DNA from: Nitrospirota bacterium
GTDB lineage: Bacteria > Nitrospirota > JACRHL01
Length of the DNA: 64,000 nucleotides
Direction: 5' to 3'
Assembly: GCA_016212085.1 (NCBI GenBank)
Contig: JACRHL010000011.1
Span: 64,161-128,160 of the forward strand
Of the stretch, positions 47,863 to 60,734 are shown in pieces; position 1 is the stretch's first letter, and each line of letters starts with the position of its first letter. Below the pieces are notes generated by a model. The model worked only from the letters and a program-made list of their open reading frames with translations, ran no database searches and had not been told where the DNA came from. The position numbers and the translations under genes are program-made.

Positions 47863-49023
47863 ATGAGCGGTCTTGCCGGGCGCCAGGCGCGGGTTGTGTG
47901 CCGGGTGATGATGCTTGGGGCCTTCCTGGCGACGTCCGGCTGTGGCGGAAAGAGCGGTGGCAACGCCGCCACCCCGCCGCCGGAGAACCACGTTTCCGTG
48001 GAGGTGATCACCGCCCGGCCGGCCCCCTTCACCGAGCATTACCAGATACCCGCCGTGGCGGAGCCGGTGCAGGCCTTCCACCTGGGGGTGGAGGTGGGGG
48101 GCACCCTGGCGGAGCTGGCGGTGGACGTGGGCGACCGGGTGAAGGCGGGGGACGTGCTGGCGCGCCTGGACGGCGAGCCCCTGGCCCTGGCGCGGGACTC
48201 GGCCCGGGCGGCCCTGGAGCGCGCCCAGGTGCGGGTGGCGCTGGCGCGGAAGGCTTACGCCCGGCAGCGCTCCCTGCGCGCGGAGGGCTCGGTGGCCGAG
48301 TCGGCTCTGGAGGATGCGGAGCTGGCCGTGCGCCTGGCGCTGGCGGACCGGCGCCTGGCCGGGATCGCCCTGGCGGAGGCGGAGCGCAACCTGCGCCTGG
48401 CCACCGTGGCCGCCCCGGCGGACGCGGAGGTGACGGCGCGCTTCGCCGAGCTGGGGGCGGTGCTGGCCCCCGGCGCGCCGCTGTTCAACCTGGCCCGCAC
48501 GGACCGGATCCGCCTGGTGGCGGGCCTGTCCGAGGCGGAGGTGGTGCACGTGGCCGAGGGAGCGGGGGCCAAGGTGCGTTTCGACGCCCTGCCGGAGCAG
48601 GTATTTGGTGGCAGTGTGGTGCGCGTGGGCTCCGTGGATGGGGCGGGCGGCGCCACCTTCCCGGTGGAGATCCGGGTGGACAATCCCGACGGCCGCATCC
48701 GCCCCGGCATGGTGGCCCGGATCTCCCTGCCGGGGCGCAAGGTGGCGAACGCCGTCCCGGTGCCGGCGGTGGCCCTGCGCCGCGACGGCGACACGGTGGT
48801 GGTGTTCACCGCCGTCGAGGGCGCGGCCCGGCCGCTGCCGGTGCGGGTGGCGGCGCTGGTGGACGAGACCGCCTGGATCGACCGGGGGCTGGCCGCCGGC
48901 ACCCCGGTGGTGGTGGTCGGCCAGAGCACCCTGAAGGGGGGCGACAAGGTGGCCGTGACCCGGATCGACGGCCGGGAGGCGGGCGCCGACCGCCAGGCCC
49001 CGGCGGTGTACGGCCTGCCGTAG
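47863..49023 (+). CDS. RND efflux periplasmic adaptor (MFP), lipoprotein
   Basis: LATSGC lipobox-like site, VDVGDRVKAGDVLARLD, helical hairpin, NPDGRIRPGM. Confidence 0.93.
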   Translation: MSGLAGRQARVVCRVMMLGAFLATSGCGGKSGGNAATPPPENHVSVEVITARPAPFTEHYQIPAVAEPVQAFHLGVEVGGTLAELAVDVGDRVKAGDVLARLDGEPLALARDSARAALERAQVRVALARKAYARQRSLRAEGSVAESALEDAELAVRLALADRRLAGIALAEAERNLRLATVAAPADAEVTARFAELGAVLAPGAPLFNLARTDRIRLVAGLSEAEVVHVAEGAGAKVRFDALPEQVFGGSVVRVGSVDGAGGATFPVEIRVDNPDGRIRPGMVARISLPGRKVANAVPVPAVALRRDGDTVVVFTAVEGAARPLPVRVAALVDETAWIDRGLAAGTPVVVVGQSTLKGGDKVAVTRIDGREAGADRQAPAVYGLP

Positions 49024-49120
49024 TGTCCCGTTCCGCAGATCACGTTGCGCGCGCGGCCCTGGCGGCCCCTGGCGGCGCTCCCTGCCACGGCCCCTGCCCG
49101 GCTCCCGGCGCCCCAAGGCC

Positions 49121-52100
49121 ATGAAGTCCGTCCTGTTCTCGGTCAGGAACCCGGTCTTCGTCAACCTGCTGATGCTGTTGACGGTTGTCGCCGGCGCCTA
49201 TTTCTACACCACCATGACCCGGGAGGTGTTCCCGGAGATCCCCCTCGACATCGTCGCCGTCTCCACCACCTACACGGGGATCTCGCCGGACCAGATCGAG
49301 AAGGAGATCACCATCCCCATCGAGGACGCGGTGCACGCCATCACCGGCGTCGACGAGGTGAACTCCCGCTCCCTGGAGGGGGTCTCCATGATCGAGCTGG
49401 CCCTGGAGCAGGACGCCGACATGGCCAAGGTGGCCCAGGACGTGCGCGGCGAGATCGAGCGCCTGGTGGACCTGCCGGCGGACGCGGACGACCCGCAGGT
49501 GGTCGAGATCGAGAGCCAGTTCCCGGTGATCAACGTCACCGTGCACGGCAACGTGCCGGAGGAGAGCCTGCGCGTCGTCGCCAAGGCGCTCAAGGACGCC
49601 ATCGAGGCCATCCGCGGCGTGGCGGCGGTGACCATGACCGGCTACCGCGACCAGGAGGTGTCGGTCACCCTCGACCCCCGCCGCCTGGTGGCGCTGGGCG
49701 TGGGGGCGGCCGAGGTGGCGGACGCGGTGGCGGCCCGCAACGTGGACCTGCCCGCCGGCGTCATCCGTGGCGACAAGAGCGAGTTCCTGGTGCGCACCGC
49801 CGGCGAGTACGAAGACCCCACGCGCCTGGCCGACGTGGTGGTGCGAGCCCGCCCCGACGGCCGCCACGTGCACCTGCGCGACGTGGGCGAGGTGACCGTG
49901 GCCTACAAGGAGGAGGAGGCGTTCGGCAAGATCGACGGCGAGCGCGCCATCTCCCTGGAGGTGTCCAAGAAGCGCAAGGGCGACACCATCGCCATCGTCT
50001 CCGAGATCAACGGGCTGGTGGAGGAGGCACGGCGGGGGGCGCCGGAGGGGCTGACCCTCACCACCACGCGCGACGGCTCCGTGTGGATCGAGTCGCGCCT
50101 GGAGACGCTCTACGCCAATGGCGCCGTCGGCTTCGTGCTGGTGTGCCTCACCCTGTTCGCGCTGCTCGACTGGCGCATGGCGTTCTGGGCGGCGGTGGGC
50201 ATCCCCACCTCGTTCCTGATGGCGTTCGTGTTCATGCACATGGCGGGCATGAGCATCAACATGCTGTCCCTGTTCGCGCTGATCGTGGTGCTGGGGTTGA
50301 TCGTGGATGACGCCATCATCATCACCGAGAACGTGTACCGCTACCTGCTCAAGGGCTACACGCCGCGCATGGCGGCGGTGGTCGGCGCCGCCGAGGTGAT
50401 GATGCCGGTGCTGGCCGCCACCACCACCACCATGGCCGCCTTCCTGCCCATGATGCTGATGACCGGCATCATGGGCAAGTTCATGAAGGTGATTCCCATC
50501 GTGGTGGTGTTCTGCCTGATCGCCACCATGATCGAGTCGCTGGTCATGCTGCCCAGCCACCTGGCGGAGTTCGGAAAGGGCCTCACGGCCGGCGTGCGCC
50601 GCGAGGGGCACCTGTTTCTCAAGCTGCGCCGGCGCTACGTGCACCTCATTTTCACCGTCCTGCGCCACCGTTACCTGACCGTGGCGCTGCTGGTGCTGGC
50701 GGCGGTGTTGAGCGTGGTGGTGATGCGCTATCACATGCAATTCGTGATGTTCAACACCAAGGACCTGCCGGGCTTCGCGGTGCTGGTGGAGACCCCGGAG
50801 GGCACCAGCCTCAAGGAGACCGAGCGGGTGCTGGCCCAGGTGGAGCGGGTGGGGGCCGGGCTGCCGGACACGGACCTGAACGCCATGGTGTCGCTGGTGG
50901 GCAGCCACTTCGACATCTCCACCGGCCGCAGCACCAACGGCAGCAACCTGGGGATGATCTACTTCGAGCTGGCGCACTTCGACGACCCCTTGCGCCGCAA
51001 CGGCTACGAGGTGCTGAACGACTTCCGCGCGCGCCTCACCGGCATCACCGGCTACGAGTCGCTGCGCGTCATCGAGACCCAGGGCGGTCCGCCCGTGGGC
51101 CGCGCGGTGGAGGTGAAGGTGCGTGGCGACGACGTGGCCGTGCTGCGCCGCATCGCCGGCGAGGTGGAGGCCTATCTGGGCACCGTTGCCGGCGTGTACG
51201 ACATCGCCAACGACGACGTGCTGGGCAAGCAGGAGCTGGCCGTGCGCGTGGACGAGGACCGTGCCGCCCTGTACGGCCTGAACGCCGGCGCCATCGCGCG
51301 GGTGGTGCGCATCGCCTTCGAGGGGGTGGAGGTGTCGGAGGTGCGCCGCGGCAACGATACCCTGGACGTGATCGTGCGCTACCAGGAACGCTACGCGGAG
51401 CGCCCGCAGGAGGTGCGCCAGTTGCGCGTGCTGTCGCCCAGCGCCGGCTGGGTGCCGTTGACCAGCGTGGCCGAGGTGCGCCTGGAGCAGGGCCCGGCCG
51501 CCGTGGTGCGCAAGGACCGCAAGCGCACCATCCTGGTGTCGTCGGCGGTGGACAAGGCGACCGTCACCTCCACCCAGGCCAACGCGCTGGTCAAGGCGCG
51601 CTTCGCCGACGTGCCGGCGCGCTACCCCGGCTACGAGCTGGTGTACGGCGGCGAGAACGAACAGCAGCTCGAATCGCTGGCCTCCCTGGCCCGCGCCAGC
51701 GCCCTGGCCGTGCTGCTCATCTACCTGATCCTGGGCACCCTGTTCCGCTCGTTCATCCAGCCCGTGGTCATCATGTCCACGGTGCCGTTCGCGTTCATCG
51801 GCGTGGTGGTGGGGCACCTAGTGATGATGCAGCCGCTGGGGCTGCTGTCGCTCATCGGCCTGGCCGGCCTGGTGGGGGTGGTGGTGAACGACTCGCTGGT
51901 GCTGGTGGCCTTCGTCAACGACTCCCGGCGCCGCGGCGCGTCGCGCTGGCTGAGCGTGGCCCGGGCGGCCAGGCACCGCCTGCGGCCCATCCTGCTCACC
52001 TCCATCACCACCATCCTGGGGCTGCTGCCCTTGTCGTTCCAGACCCGGGGCCAGGCGGCGTACCTGGCGCCCATGGCCATCTCCATCGTATGGGGCCTGC

Positions 52101-52252
52101 TGTTCGCCACCGTGCTCACCCTGGTGATGGTGCCGTGCGTCATGGGCATGCTGGACGACATCGGCAAAAAACTGGGCCTGAAAATCGGTCCGGCCGCCGA
52201 GGGCGAGACCCTGGAGCAGGAGTTGGCCCGTGCCGGGTATGACGCCCGTTAA
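49121..52252 (+). CDS. RND efflux permease (AcrB/AcrD/AcrF family)
   Basis: 1043 aa; GLIVDDAIIITEN, RLRPILLTSITTILGLLPL. Confidence 0.96.
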   Translation: MKSVLFSVRNPVFVNLLMLLTVVAGAYFYTTMTREVFPEIPLDIVAVSTTYTGISPDQIEKEITIPIEDAVHAITGVDEVNSRSLEGVSMIELALEQDADMAKVAQDVRGEIERLVDLPADADDPQVVEIESQFPVINVTVHGNVPEESLRVVAKALKDAIEAIRGVAAVTMTGYRDQEVSVTLDPRRLVALGVGAAEVADAVAARNVDLPAGVIRGDKSEFLVRTAGEYEDPTRLADVVVRARPDGRHVHLRDVGEVTVAYKEEEAFGKIDGERAISLEVSKKRKGDTIAIVSEINGLVEEARRGAPEGLTLTTTRDGSVWIESRLETLYANGAVGFVLVCLTLFALLDWRMAFWAAVGIPTSFLMAFVFMHMAGMSINMLSLFALIVVLGLIVDDAIIITENVYRYLLKGYTPRMAAVVGAAEVMMPVLAATTTTMAAFLPMMLMTGIMGKFMKVIPIVVVFCLIATMIESLVMLPSHLAEFGKGLTAGVRREGHLFLKLRRRYVHLIFTVLRHRYLTVALLVLAAVLSVVVMRYHMQFVMFNTKDLPGFAVLVETPEGTSLKETERVLAQVERVGAGLPDTDLNAMVSLVGSHFDISTGRSTNGSNLGMIYFELAHFDDPLRRNGYEVLNDFRARLTGITGYESLRVIETQGGPPVGRAVEVKVRGDDVAVLRRIAGEVEAYLGTVAGVYDIANDDVLGKQELAVRVDEDRAALYGLNAGAIARVVRIAFEGVEVSEVRRGNDTLDVIVRYQERYAERPQEVRQLRVLSPSAGWVPLTSVAEVRLEQGPAAVVRKDRKRTILVSSAVDKATVTSTQANALVKARFADVPARYPGYELVYGGENEQQLESLASLARASALAVLLIYLILGTLFRSFIQPVVIMSTVPFAFIGVVVGHLVMMQPLGLLSLIGLAGLVGVVVNDSLVLVAFVNDSRRRGASRWLSVARAARHRLRPILLTSITTILGLLPLSFQTRGQAAYLAPMAISIVWGLLFATVLTLVMVPCVMGMLDDIGKKLGLKIGPAAEGETLEQELARAGYDAR

Positions 52253-52258
52253 AAGCGG

Positions 52259-52287
52259 TTGACCAGGGGTTTCCACCCATTTAAAAT
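52259..52287 (+). promoter_or_regulatory. sigma70-type promoter of the ccsAB cluster
   Basis: TTGACC-17 bp-TAAAAT, 120 bp upstream of ccsA. Confidence 0.7.
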
Positions 52288-52406
52288 TGTGGGTCCAAGG
52301 AATTTCGGTGCACCACTGCGCGTGCCGTCGGAGACGTGCGAACCGGCGCGCTGGGCGGACGGGCGGGGTGCGGACAACACCGCTGCATCTGGGTAAGGAG
52401 AGAAGT

Positions 52407-53714
52407 GTGAATCTCTACGAGCACGAGGCCGTCGCCACAATCTACAGGAAGTATGGGATCTCCCATCCCCGGTTCGTGGTGGCCACCGAGCCCAACGAGG
52501 AAGTGGCCGCCTTCGTGCGCGAGAATGGCGGTGCCGTGGTCAAGGCCATGGTGCTGGTGGGCAAGCGCGGCAAGGCCGGCGCCGTGAAGCTGGTCAAGAC
52601 CGAGGCCGAGGCCGCCAAGGCCGTCACCGACATCATGAACATGCTGGTGTGGGGCGAGAAGCCGGTGGCGGTGATGGTCTGCGAGAAGGCCGACATCCAG
52701 GCCGAGATGTACTGCGCCGTGACCTACTCCACCGAGACCCGCAGCCCGGTGATCACCCTCTCCATGGACGGCGGCATGGACGTGGAGGCGATCGACCCCT
52801 CCCGCATCATCAATTTCCCGGTGGACGCCAGGCCCGAGGTGGAGCCCTACCAGATCCGCGACATGCTGGTGGCGATCGGCTTCACCCGGAAGTATGGCGA
52901 GATCCTGCGCCAGGCCTCGCTCACCATCGCGAGCGTGTACAAGGCCTTCTGGGGTTCCGAGGCGCGCCTGCTCGAGATCAACCCCCTGGCGGTGGTGAAG
53001 GTCGCCAGGAAGGACAGGAAGACCGGTGAGATGGTCGAGACCCTCGAGCTGCGCGCCCTGGACGCGGTGGTCACCCTGGACGACGACGCCACCGTGGCCC
53101 CGCAGAAGATCTACGGCGAGCGCTCCGCCTACACCCGCGAGTCGACCCGGCGCGAGGTGGACGCCCTGCTCATCGACCGCGACGACCACCGCGGCAAGGC
53201 CGGCTCCTACGTGGAGCCCGAGGACATGAGCGGCGACATCGCCATGATGACCTTTGGCGGCGGCGGCTCCGCCGTGACCATCGAAACCTGCTACGACGCC
53301 GGCCTGCGCCCCGCCAACTTCACCGACATCGGCGGCAACCCGCCGGCGGAGAAGATGTACAAGATCTCCCGCATCATCCTCTCCAAGCCGGGCATCAAGG
53401 GGGTGCTGGTGTGTGGCGGCACCGCCTCCAACACCCGCATCGACGTGACCCTGGGCGAGGGCCTGGTGAACGCCATCGACGACCTGGCCAGGGAGGGCAA
53501 GCTCGACCGCGACCTGATCTGGGTGGTGCGCCGCGGCGGCCCCGAGGTGGAGAAGGGCCTGCGCCTGCTGGCCGAGTGCTTCCAGCGCAACGGCATCAAG
53601 GGCCGCATCTTCGATTCGGAGCTGCCCATCACCCAGGCGCCGCTGATCCTGCGCGACCTGCTGGTGGAGCACCGCGGCTATGTGTGTGGCGACACGGCCC
53701 AGGCCAGCGTCTGA
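52407..53714 (+). CDS. ccsA: citryl-CoA synthetase large subunit (succinyl-CoA ligase beta / ATP-citrate lyase superfamily)
   Basis: NLYEHE, GKRGKAGAV, EINPL, DIGGNP; ACL-like MTFGGGGS and GGTASNT instead of SucC NGAGLA/FGGIVRCD; clustered with ccl, icd and acn; GTG 52407 after AAGGAG. Confidence 0.8.
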   Translation: MNLYEHEAVATIYRKYGISHPRFVVATEPNEEVAAFVRENGGAVVKAMVLVGKRGKAGAVKLVKTEAEAAKAVTDIMNMLVWGEKPVAVMVCEKADIQAEMYCAVTYSTETRSPVITLSMDGGMDVEAIDPSRIINFPVDARPEVEPYQIRDMLVAIGFTRKYGEILRQASLTIASVYKAFWGSEARLLEINPLAVVKVARKDRKTGEMVETLELRALDAVVTLDDDATVAPQKIYGERSAYTRESTRREVDALLIDRDDHRGKAGSYVEPEDMSGDIAMMTFGGGGSAVTIETCYDAGLRPANFTDIGGNPPAEKMYKISRIILSKPGIKGVLVCGGTASNTRIDVTLGEGLVNAIDDLAREGKLDRDLIWVVRRGGPEVEKGLRLLAECFQRNGIKGRIFDSELPITQAPLILRDLLVEHRGYVCGDTAQASV

Positions 53715-53766
53715 CCCGGCAACGATTTCAACGACTGCTAGATATAGCGGACCGGAAGGAGAGCAA

Positions 53767-54732
53767 ATGGGACCTTCACTGCTGAATGAGAACACCCGCA
53801 TCATCGTGATCGGCGCCACCGGCCGCGAGGCCTCCCAGGTGGTGCGCGAGTCCGAGGACCTGTTCCCGGGCAGGATCGCGGCGGGCGTGACGCCGGGCAA
53901 GGGCGGCACCACCATCGAGCCCAACGTGCCTATCTTCAACACCATCAAGGAGGCCAAGGCCCAGGACCCCCGCATCAACCTGGCCCTGATCTACGTGCCC
54001 CCGTCATCGGTCAAGGACGCGGTGCTGGAGGCCATCGGCAACGGCCTGAAGACCGTGTTCGTCATCACCGAGCACACCCCCATCCGCGACGCGGCGGAGA
54101 TCTACCTGGCCGCCAAGAACGCCGGGGTGCGCGTGGTGGGCGGCACCAGCCTGGGCTGTTTCGTGCCGAACGTGGGCCGCATCGGCGCCATCGGCGGCAA
54201 GGACCCGTCGGGCGCCCTGGCCGCCGGCGGCGTGGTGGTGATCTCCAAGAGCGGCGGCCTCACCGTCACCACCGCCGAGATGCTCAAGCGCCGCGGCCAC
54301 GGGGTCTACTTCGCCGTGGGCATCGGCGGCGACATGATCGCCGGCACCACCTATGCGGACCTGATGGACGAGTTGCAGGCCGACCCCCACGTCACCGCCC
54401 TGTGCATGCTGGGCGAGGTGGGCGGCGCCTACGAGGAGCAGGCCGCCGAGGCGGTGGCCGCGGGCCGGTTCACCAAGCCGCTGGCGGCGTTCATCGGCGG
54501 CGAGTTCCAGGAGAACCAGGAGGGCGTGTCGTTCGGCCACGCCGGCGCCGTGGTGGAGCGTGGCAAGGGCAAGGCATCGGACAAGAAGACGGCCCTGGCC
54601 GCGGCCGGCCGCAACGTGCGGGTGGCCCGGTACTACCACAACCTGGTGGACTGCATCGAGGAGCTGGGGGTGAAGCCCAACCTGCCGGACGCGACCGGCC
54701 GGGTGGTGCAGCCCAAGTACGCGACGATCTAG
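53767..54732 (+). CDS. ccsB: citryl-CoA synthetase small subunit (SucD-like)
   Basis: AGVTPGKGG, ITEH, SKSGGL, GIGGD, GEVGG, FGHAGA (phospho-His in an ACL-like context). Confidence 0.8.
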   Translation: MGPSLLNENTRIIVIGATGREASQVVRESEDLFPGRIAAGVTPGKGGTTIEPNVPIFNTIKEAKAQDPRINLALIYVPPSSVKDAVLEAIGNGLKTVFVITEHTPIRDAAEIYLAAKNAGVRVVGGTSLGCFVPNVGRIGAIGGKDPSGALAAGGVVVISKSGGLTVTTAEMLKRRGHGVYFAVGIGGDMIAGTTYADLMDELQADPHVTALCMLGEVGGAYEEQAAEAVAAGRFTKPLAAFIGGEFQENQEGVSFGHAGAVVERGKGKASDKKTALAAAGRNVRVARYYHNLVDCIEELGVKPNLPDATGRVVQPKYATI

Positions 54733-54796
54733 GCGGATTCGACGGACAGGGGGCGGGGCCGGCATGGCGCCGGGCCCCGTCCGGAGCACGCGTTGA

Positions 54797-57102
<2,306 letters not shown>

Positions 57103-57103
<1 letters not shown>

Positions 57104-57240
57104 CAGGATGTTGAAAAAGTCCATACGTGGCCTTTTTCAACCCGGAACCGGAACAACGTGGTTTTCCGGTTTCTGCGGATTCCAGGCGTTTACGCGCCGG
57201 ATGCAGGCGTGCCGAAACGCTCCGTTTTTCAGCAGCCTGC
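57103..57240. mobile_element. MITE-like element, ~138 bp (family B)
   Basis: Terminal IRs GCAGGATGTTGAAAAA / TTTTTCAGCAGCCTGC (14 of 16 match); boundaries in CTAG and CCAG; internal perfect 10-bp IR at 57110..57141. Confidence 0.65.
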
Positions 57241-57324
57241 CAGGGCTGAACCGTGCGGCCCGGCTGGGTGCATTGATGACGTTCAGGGAGGGGGCCTCTC
57301 GGAACCCCGTGGGTTGATTCACCG

Positions 57325-57360
57325 GCAAAAAGGGGTGGCCAGCGGGCCGCCCCTTTTTGC
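57325..57360. terminator. bidirectional Rho-independent terminator-like hairpin
   Basis: GCAAAAAGGGGTGGCC-AGCG-GGCCGCCCCTTTTTGC. Confidence 0.7.
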
Positions 57361-57399
57361 GGGCGGGTGGCCGGGCCACCCGCATCACTGGAGGAGAAC

Positions 57400-58200
57400 A
57401 TGTCCGACGTGCTTTGGAAGACGTCTGTCGCGGGCCAGATCGACGGCAAGACGGTGATCCGGGGATACCCGCTTTACGATCTGATCGGGAACATCACCTT
57501 CCCGGAGGCCATCTACCTGGCGCTCAAGGGCGAACTGCCATCGCAGCCGGAGGCCAGGATGATGAACGCCATGCTGACCGCGTGCATCGACCACGGCATC
57601 GCCCCGCCCTCGGTGGTGGCGGCGCGCACCGTGTTCTCCGGCGGCAACTCGCTCAACTCCGCCGTGGCGGCGGGCGCCCTCACCCTGGGTGACTTCCACG
57701 GCGGCGCCATCGAGCAGTGCATGAAGCTGTTCGAGGATCTGGTGGGAGACAGCACCAGCGACGTGACGCGCCTGGCCAAGGACCAAGTGGCCGCCATGCG
57801 CGCCGCCAAGCTCCGCTTTCCCGGCTTCGGCCACAAGCTGTACAAGCGCGACCCGCGCACCGTGCGCATGCTGGAGCTGGCCAAGGAATACGGCTTCGGC
57901 GGGCGCTACATCGACTTTGCCGTGGCCGTGCAGAACGCGCTGGAGGAGTCCATGGGCCGCGACATGCCGCTCAACGTGGACGGCGCCATCGCCGCCATCC
58001 TGTGCGACATGGGCTTCGACTGGAAGGTGGGCAAGGGCTTCTTCATCATCGCCCGCATCCCCGGCGTGGTGGCCCACATCGTCGAGGAGTGGTCGCGCGA
58101 GAAGCCGTTCCGCCGCCTTCCGGAAGGCTCGTACGAGTACGACGGCCCCGCCCTGCGCGCGGTCCCCGGCACCGTCGTGTCCGACGTTGCGTCGTCCTAA
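57400..58200 (+). CDS. ccl: citryl-CoA lyase
   Basis: Short (266 aa) citrate-synthase-like fold: WKTSV...IRGYPL, IDHGIAPPS, HGGAIE, PGFGH, DPR, NVDGAIA; ATG 57400 after GGAGGAG. Confidence 0.88.
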   Translation: MSDVLWKTSVAGQIDGKTVIRGYPLYDLIGNITFPEAIYLALKGELPSQPEARMMNAMLTACIDHGIAPPSVVAARTVFSGGNSLNSAVAAGALTLGDFHGGAIEQCMKLFEDLVGDSTSDVTRLAKDQVAAMRAAKLRFPGFGHKLYKRDPRTVRMLELAKEYGFGGRYIDFAVAVQNALEESMGRDMPLNVDGAIAAILCDMGFDWKVGKGFFIIARIPGVVAHIVEEWSREKPFRRLPEGSYEYDGPALRAVPGTVVSDVASS

Positions 58201-58228
58201 CAGTTAACACCCGGATCGGGAAACGACC

Positions 58229-60505
58229 ATGCTCATCGATATCAACGACGTGAAGCAGCTCTACGCGCGGCTCGACGCCGTGCACGCGGCGGCGCGCAAG
58301 CGCCTGGGCCGCCCCCTCACCATGGCCGAGAAGGTGCTGTTCTCGCACATGGACAACTTCGAGACCGGCCCCATCCAGCGCGGCAAGGACGACGTGTGGC
58401 TGCGCCCGGACCGGGTGGCCATGCAGGACGCCACGGCGCAGATGGCCATCCTCCAGTTCATGACCGCAGGGATGCCCAGGACCGCCGTGCCCAGCACCGT
58501 GCACTGCGACCACCTGATCACCGCCTACAAGGGCTCGGCCCAGGACCTGCTGGTGGCGGAGGACACCAACAAGGAGGTGTACGACTTCCTGCACGCCGCC
58601 TCCCAACGCTACGGCATGGGCTTCTGGAAGCCGGGCAGCGGCATCATCCACCAGGTGGTGCTGGAGAACTACGCCGTGCCGGGCATGATGATGATCGGCA
58701 CCGACTCGCACACCCCCAACGCCGGCGGCATGGGCATGATCGCCATCGGCGTGGGGGGCGCCGACGCGGTGGACGTGATGACCGGCCAGCCGTTCCTGAC
58801 CCGCATGCCCAAGCTGGTGGGCATCAAGCTCACCGGCAAGCTGTCGGGCTGGACCTCCCCCAAGGACGTGATCCTCAAGGTGGCCCAGATCATGACCGTG
58901 AAGGGCGGCACCGGCAAGATCGTCGAATACTTCGGCCCCGGCGCGGCGTCCATCTCCGCCTCGGGCAAGGGCACCATCACCAACATGGGCGCCGAGATCG
59001 GCGCCACCACCTCCATGTTCGGCTACGACGCCGCCATGGGCCGCTATCTGCGCGCCACCGAGCGCGCCGCCGTGGCGGACCTGGCGGACCGGTACGCCCG
59101 TTACCTCACCTCCGACCCGGAGGTGGAGGCCAACCCCGGCGCCTTCTACGACGAGCTTCACGAGATCAACCTGTCGGAGCTGGAGCCCCACGTGGTGGGC
59201 CCGCACACCCCGGACCTGGCCCGCCCCATCTCCGCCCTGGCGGCGGAAACGGACCGGGAGGGCTACCCGGAGCGGCTCACCGCCGCCCTGATCGGCTCCT
59301 GCACCAACTCCTCCTACGAGGACATGACCCGCGCGGCCAGCATCGCCAAGCAGGCGGCGGCCCACGGCATCAAGGCCAAGAGCAGCTTCATGATCAGCCC
59401 CGGTTCGGAGCGGGTGCACGAGACCATCATCCGCGACGGCATCATGGAGACCTTCAACAGCGTGGGCGGCATCGTGCTGTCCAACTCCTGCGGCCCGTGC
59501 ATCGGCCAGTGGAAGCGGGACGACGTCAAGAAGGGCGACGCCAACAGCATCATCACGTCGTTCAACCGCAACTTCAAGGCGCGCAACGACTCGAACCCCG
59601 AGACCCGCGGCTTCATCGCCAGCCCGGAGATCGTGGTGGCCATGGGCCTGGCCGGCTCCCTCAAGTTCAACCCGCTCACCGACACCCTCAAGGGGGCCGA
59701 CGGCGCCGAGTTCAAGCTCCGCCCGCCGGTGGGCGAGGAGCTGCCGTCCGGCGGCTTCATCAGCAAGGACGCGGGCTACGTGGCGCCGGTGGACGACGCC
59801 CCGGCGGTGCAGGTGTCGCCCAGCAGCGACCGCCTGGCGCTGCTGGAGCCGTTCCCCAAGCTGGACCCGGTGGCCGATTACAAGGACATGCCGGTGCTGG
59901 TGAAGGCCCTGGGCAAGTGCACCACCGACCACGTGTCCCCCGCCGGCCCGTGGCTGAAGTACCGGGGCCACCTGGACAACATCAGCAACAACATGTACAT
60001 CGGCGCCGTGAACGCCTTCACGCAGGAGGCGGGCAAGGGCGGCAACGTGCTCACCGGCCAGACCGGCCAGGACTACAACCAGGTGGCCCGCGACTACAAG
60101 GCCAGGGGCATCGGCTGGGTGGTCATCGCCGACGAGAACTACGGCGAGGGTTCGTCCCGCGAGCACGCCGCCATGGAGCCGCGCCACCTGAACGGCCGCG
60201 CCGTCATCGCCCGCAGCTTCGCCCGCATCGCCGAGGCGAACCTGAAGAAGCAGGGCATCCTGCCCCTGTGGTTCGCCAACGCGGCGGACTACGACAAGGT
60301 GCGCGAGGACGACCGCATCACCCTGGAAGGGCTGGCGGGCATCGCCCCCGACCAGCCGCTGACCATGGTGATCCGCCATGCGGACGGCCACACCGACCGG
60401 GTGGGCGTGACCCACACCCTGAACGACGAGCAGATCACCTGGTTCCGCGCGGGCTCCGCGCTGAACGCGATCCGCGAGGCGCAGGACAGGGCCGCCCGCG
60501 CCTGA
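58229..60505 (+). CDS. acnA: aconitate hydratase (mitochondrial-type)
   Basis: [59 protein letters not shown]. Confidence 0.96.
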   Translation: MLIDINDVKQLYARLDAVHAAARKRLGRPLTMAEKVLFSHMDNFETGPIQRGKDDVWLRPDRVAMQDATAQMAILQFMTAGMPRTAVPSTVHCDHLITAYKGSAQDLLVAEDTNKEVYDFLHAASQRYGMGFWKPGSGIIHQVVLENYAVPGMMMIGTDSHTPNAGGMGMIAIGVGGADAVDVMTGQPFLTRMPKLVGIKLTGKLSGWTSPKDVILKVAQIMTVKGGTGKIVEYFGPGAASISASGKGTITNMGAEIGATTSMFGYDAAMGRYLRATERAAVADLADRYARYLTSDPEVEANPGAFYDELHEINLSELEPHVVGPHTPDLARPISALAAETDREGYPERLTAALIGSCTNSSYEDMTRAASIAKQAAAHGIKAKSSFMISPGSERVHETIIRDGIMETFNSVGGIVLSNSCGPCIGQWKRDDVKKGDANSIITSFNRNFKARNDSNPETRGFIASPEIVVAMGLAGSLKFNPLTDTLKGADGAEFKLRPPVGEELPSGGFISKDAGYVAPVDDAPAVQVSPSSDRLALLEPFPKLDPVADYKDMPVLVKALGKCTTDHVSPAGPWLKYRGHLDNISNNMYIGAVNAFTQEAGKGGNVLTGQTGQDYNQVARDYKARGIGWVVIADENYGEGSSREHAAMEPRHLNGRAVIARSFARIAEANLKKQGILPLWFANAADYDKVREDDRITLEGLAGIAPDQPLTMVIRHADGHTDRVGVTHTLNDEQITWFRAGSALNAIREAQDRAARA

Positions 60506-60506
60506 C

Positions 60507-60545
60507 GGATACCTCTAACCGTCGCGAGCGGCGTGAGTGCAAGGC
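60507..60545 (-). repeat. end fragment of MITE family A (inverted)
   Basis: 60520..60545 CGTCGCGAGCGGCGTGAGTGCAAGGC is the exact reverse complement of 11993..12018, preceded by ACCTCTAA from the TIR. Confidence 0.8.
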
Positions 60546-60581
60546 CCCCTTCCCGCGGTCAAGGCGGGGAGGGGGTCTTTT
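60541..60581 (+). terminator. Rho-independent terminator after the aconitase gene
   Basis: AAGGCCCCCTTCCCGC-GGTCAAG-GCGGGGAGGGGGTCTTTT. Confidence 0.7.
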
Positions 60582-60734
60582 GCGTTGGTTCGCCGGCGGA
60601 ATGCCCTTATGACGGCCGTCATAAGCGGCGGCGCCCGTGATTTTGGTAGAATGGCCGCACATCGCCCCATTCGCCACGGCCCGCGTTCCCCCAGGCCCCG
60701 ACCGGGGTGGGGCCGTTACATAGGTAGGCAGCCC

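Noticed and set aside
57108-57457. Short ORFs between icd and ccl (e.g. MLKKSIRG...)
   Set aside because: They arise from the MITE and terminator sequences and have no protein-like features.
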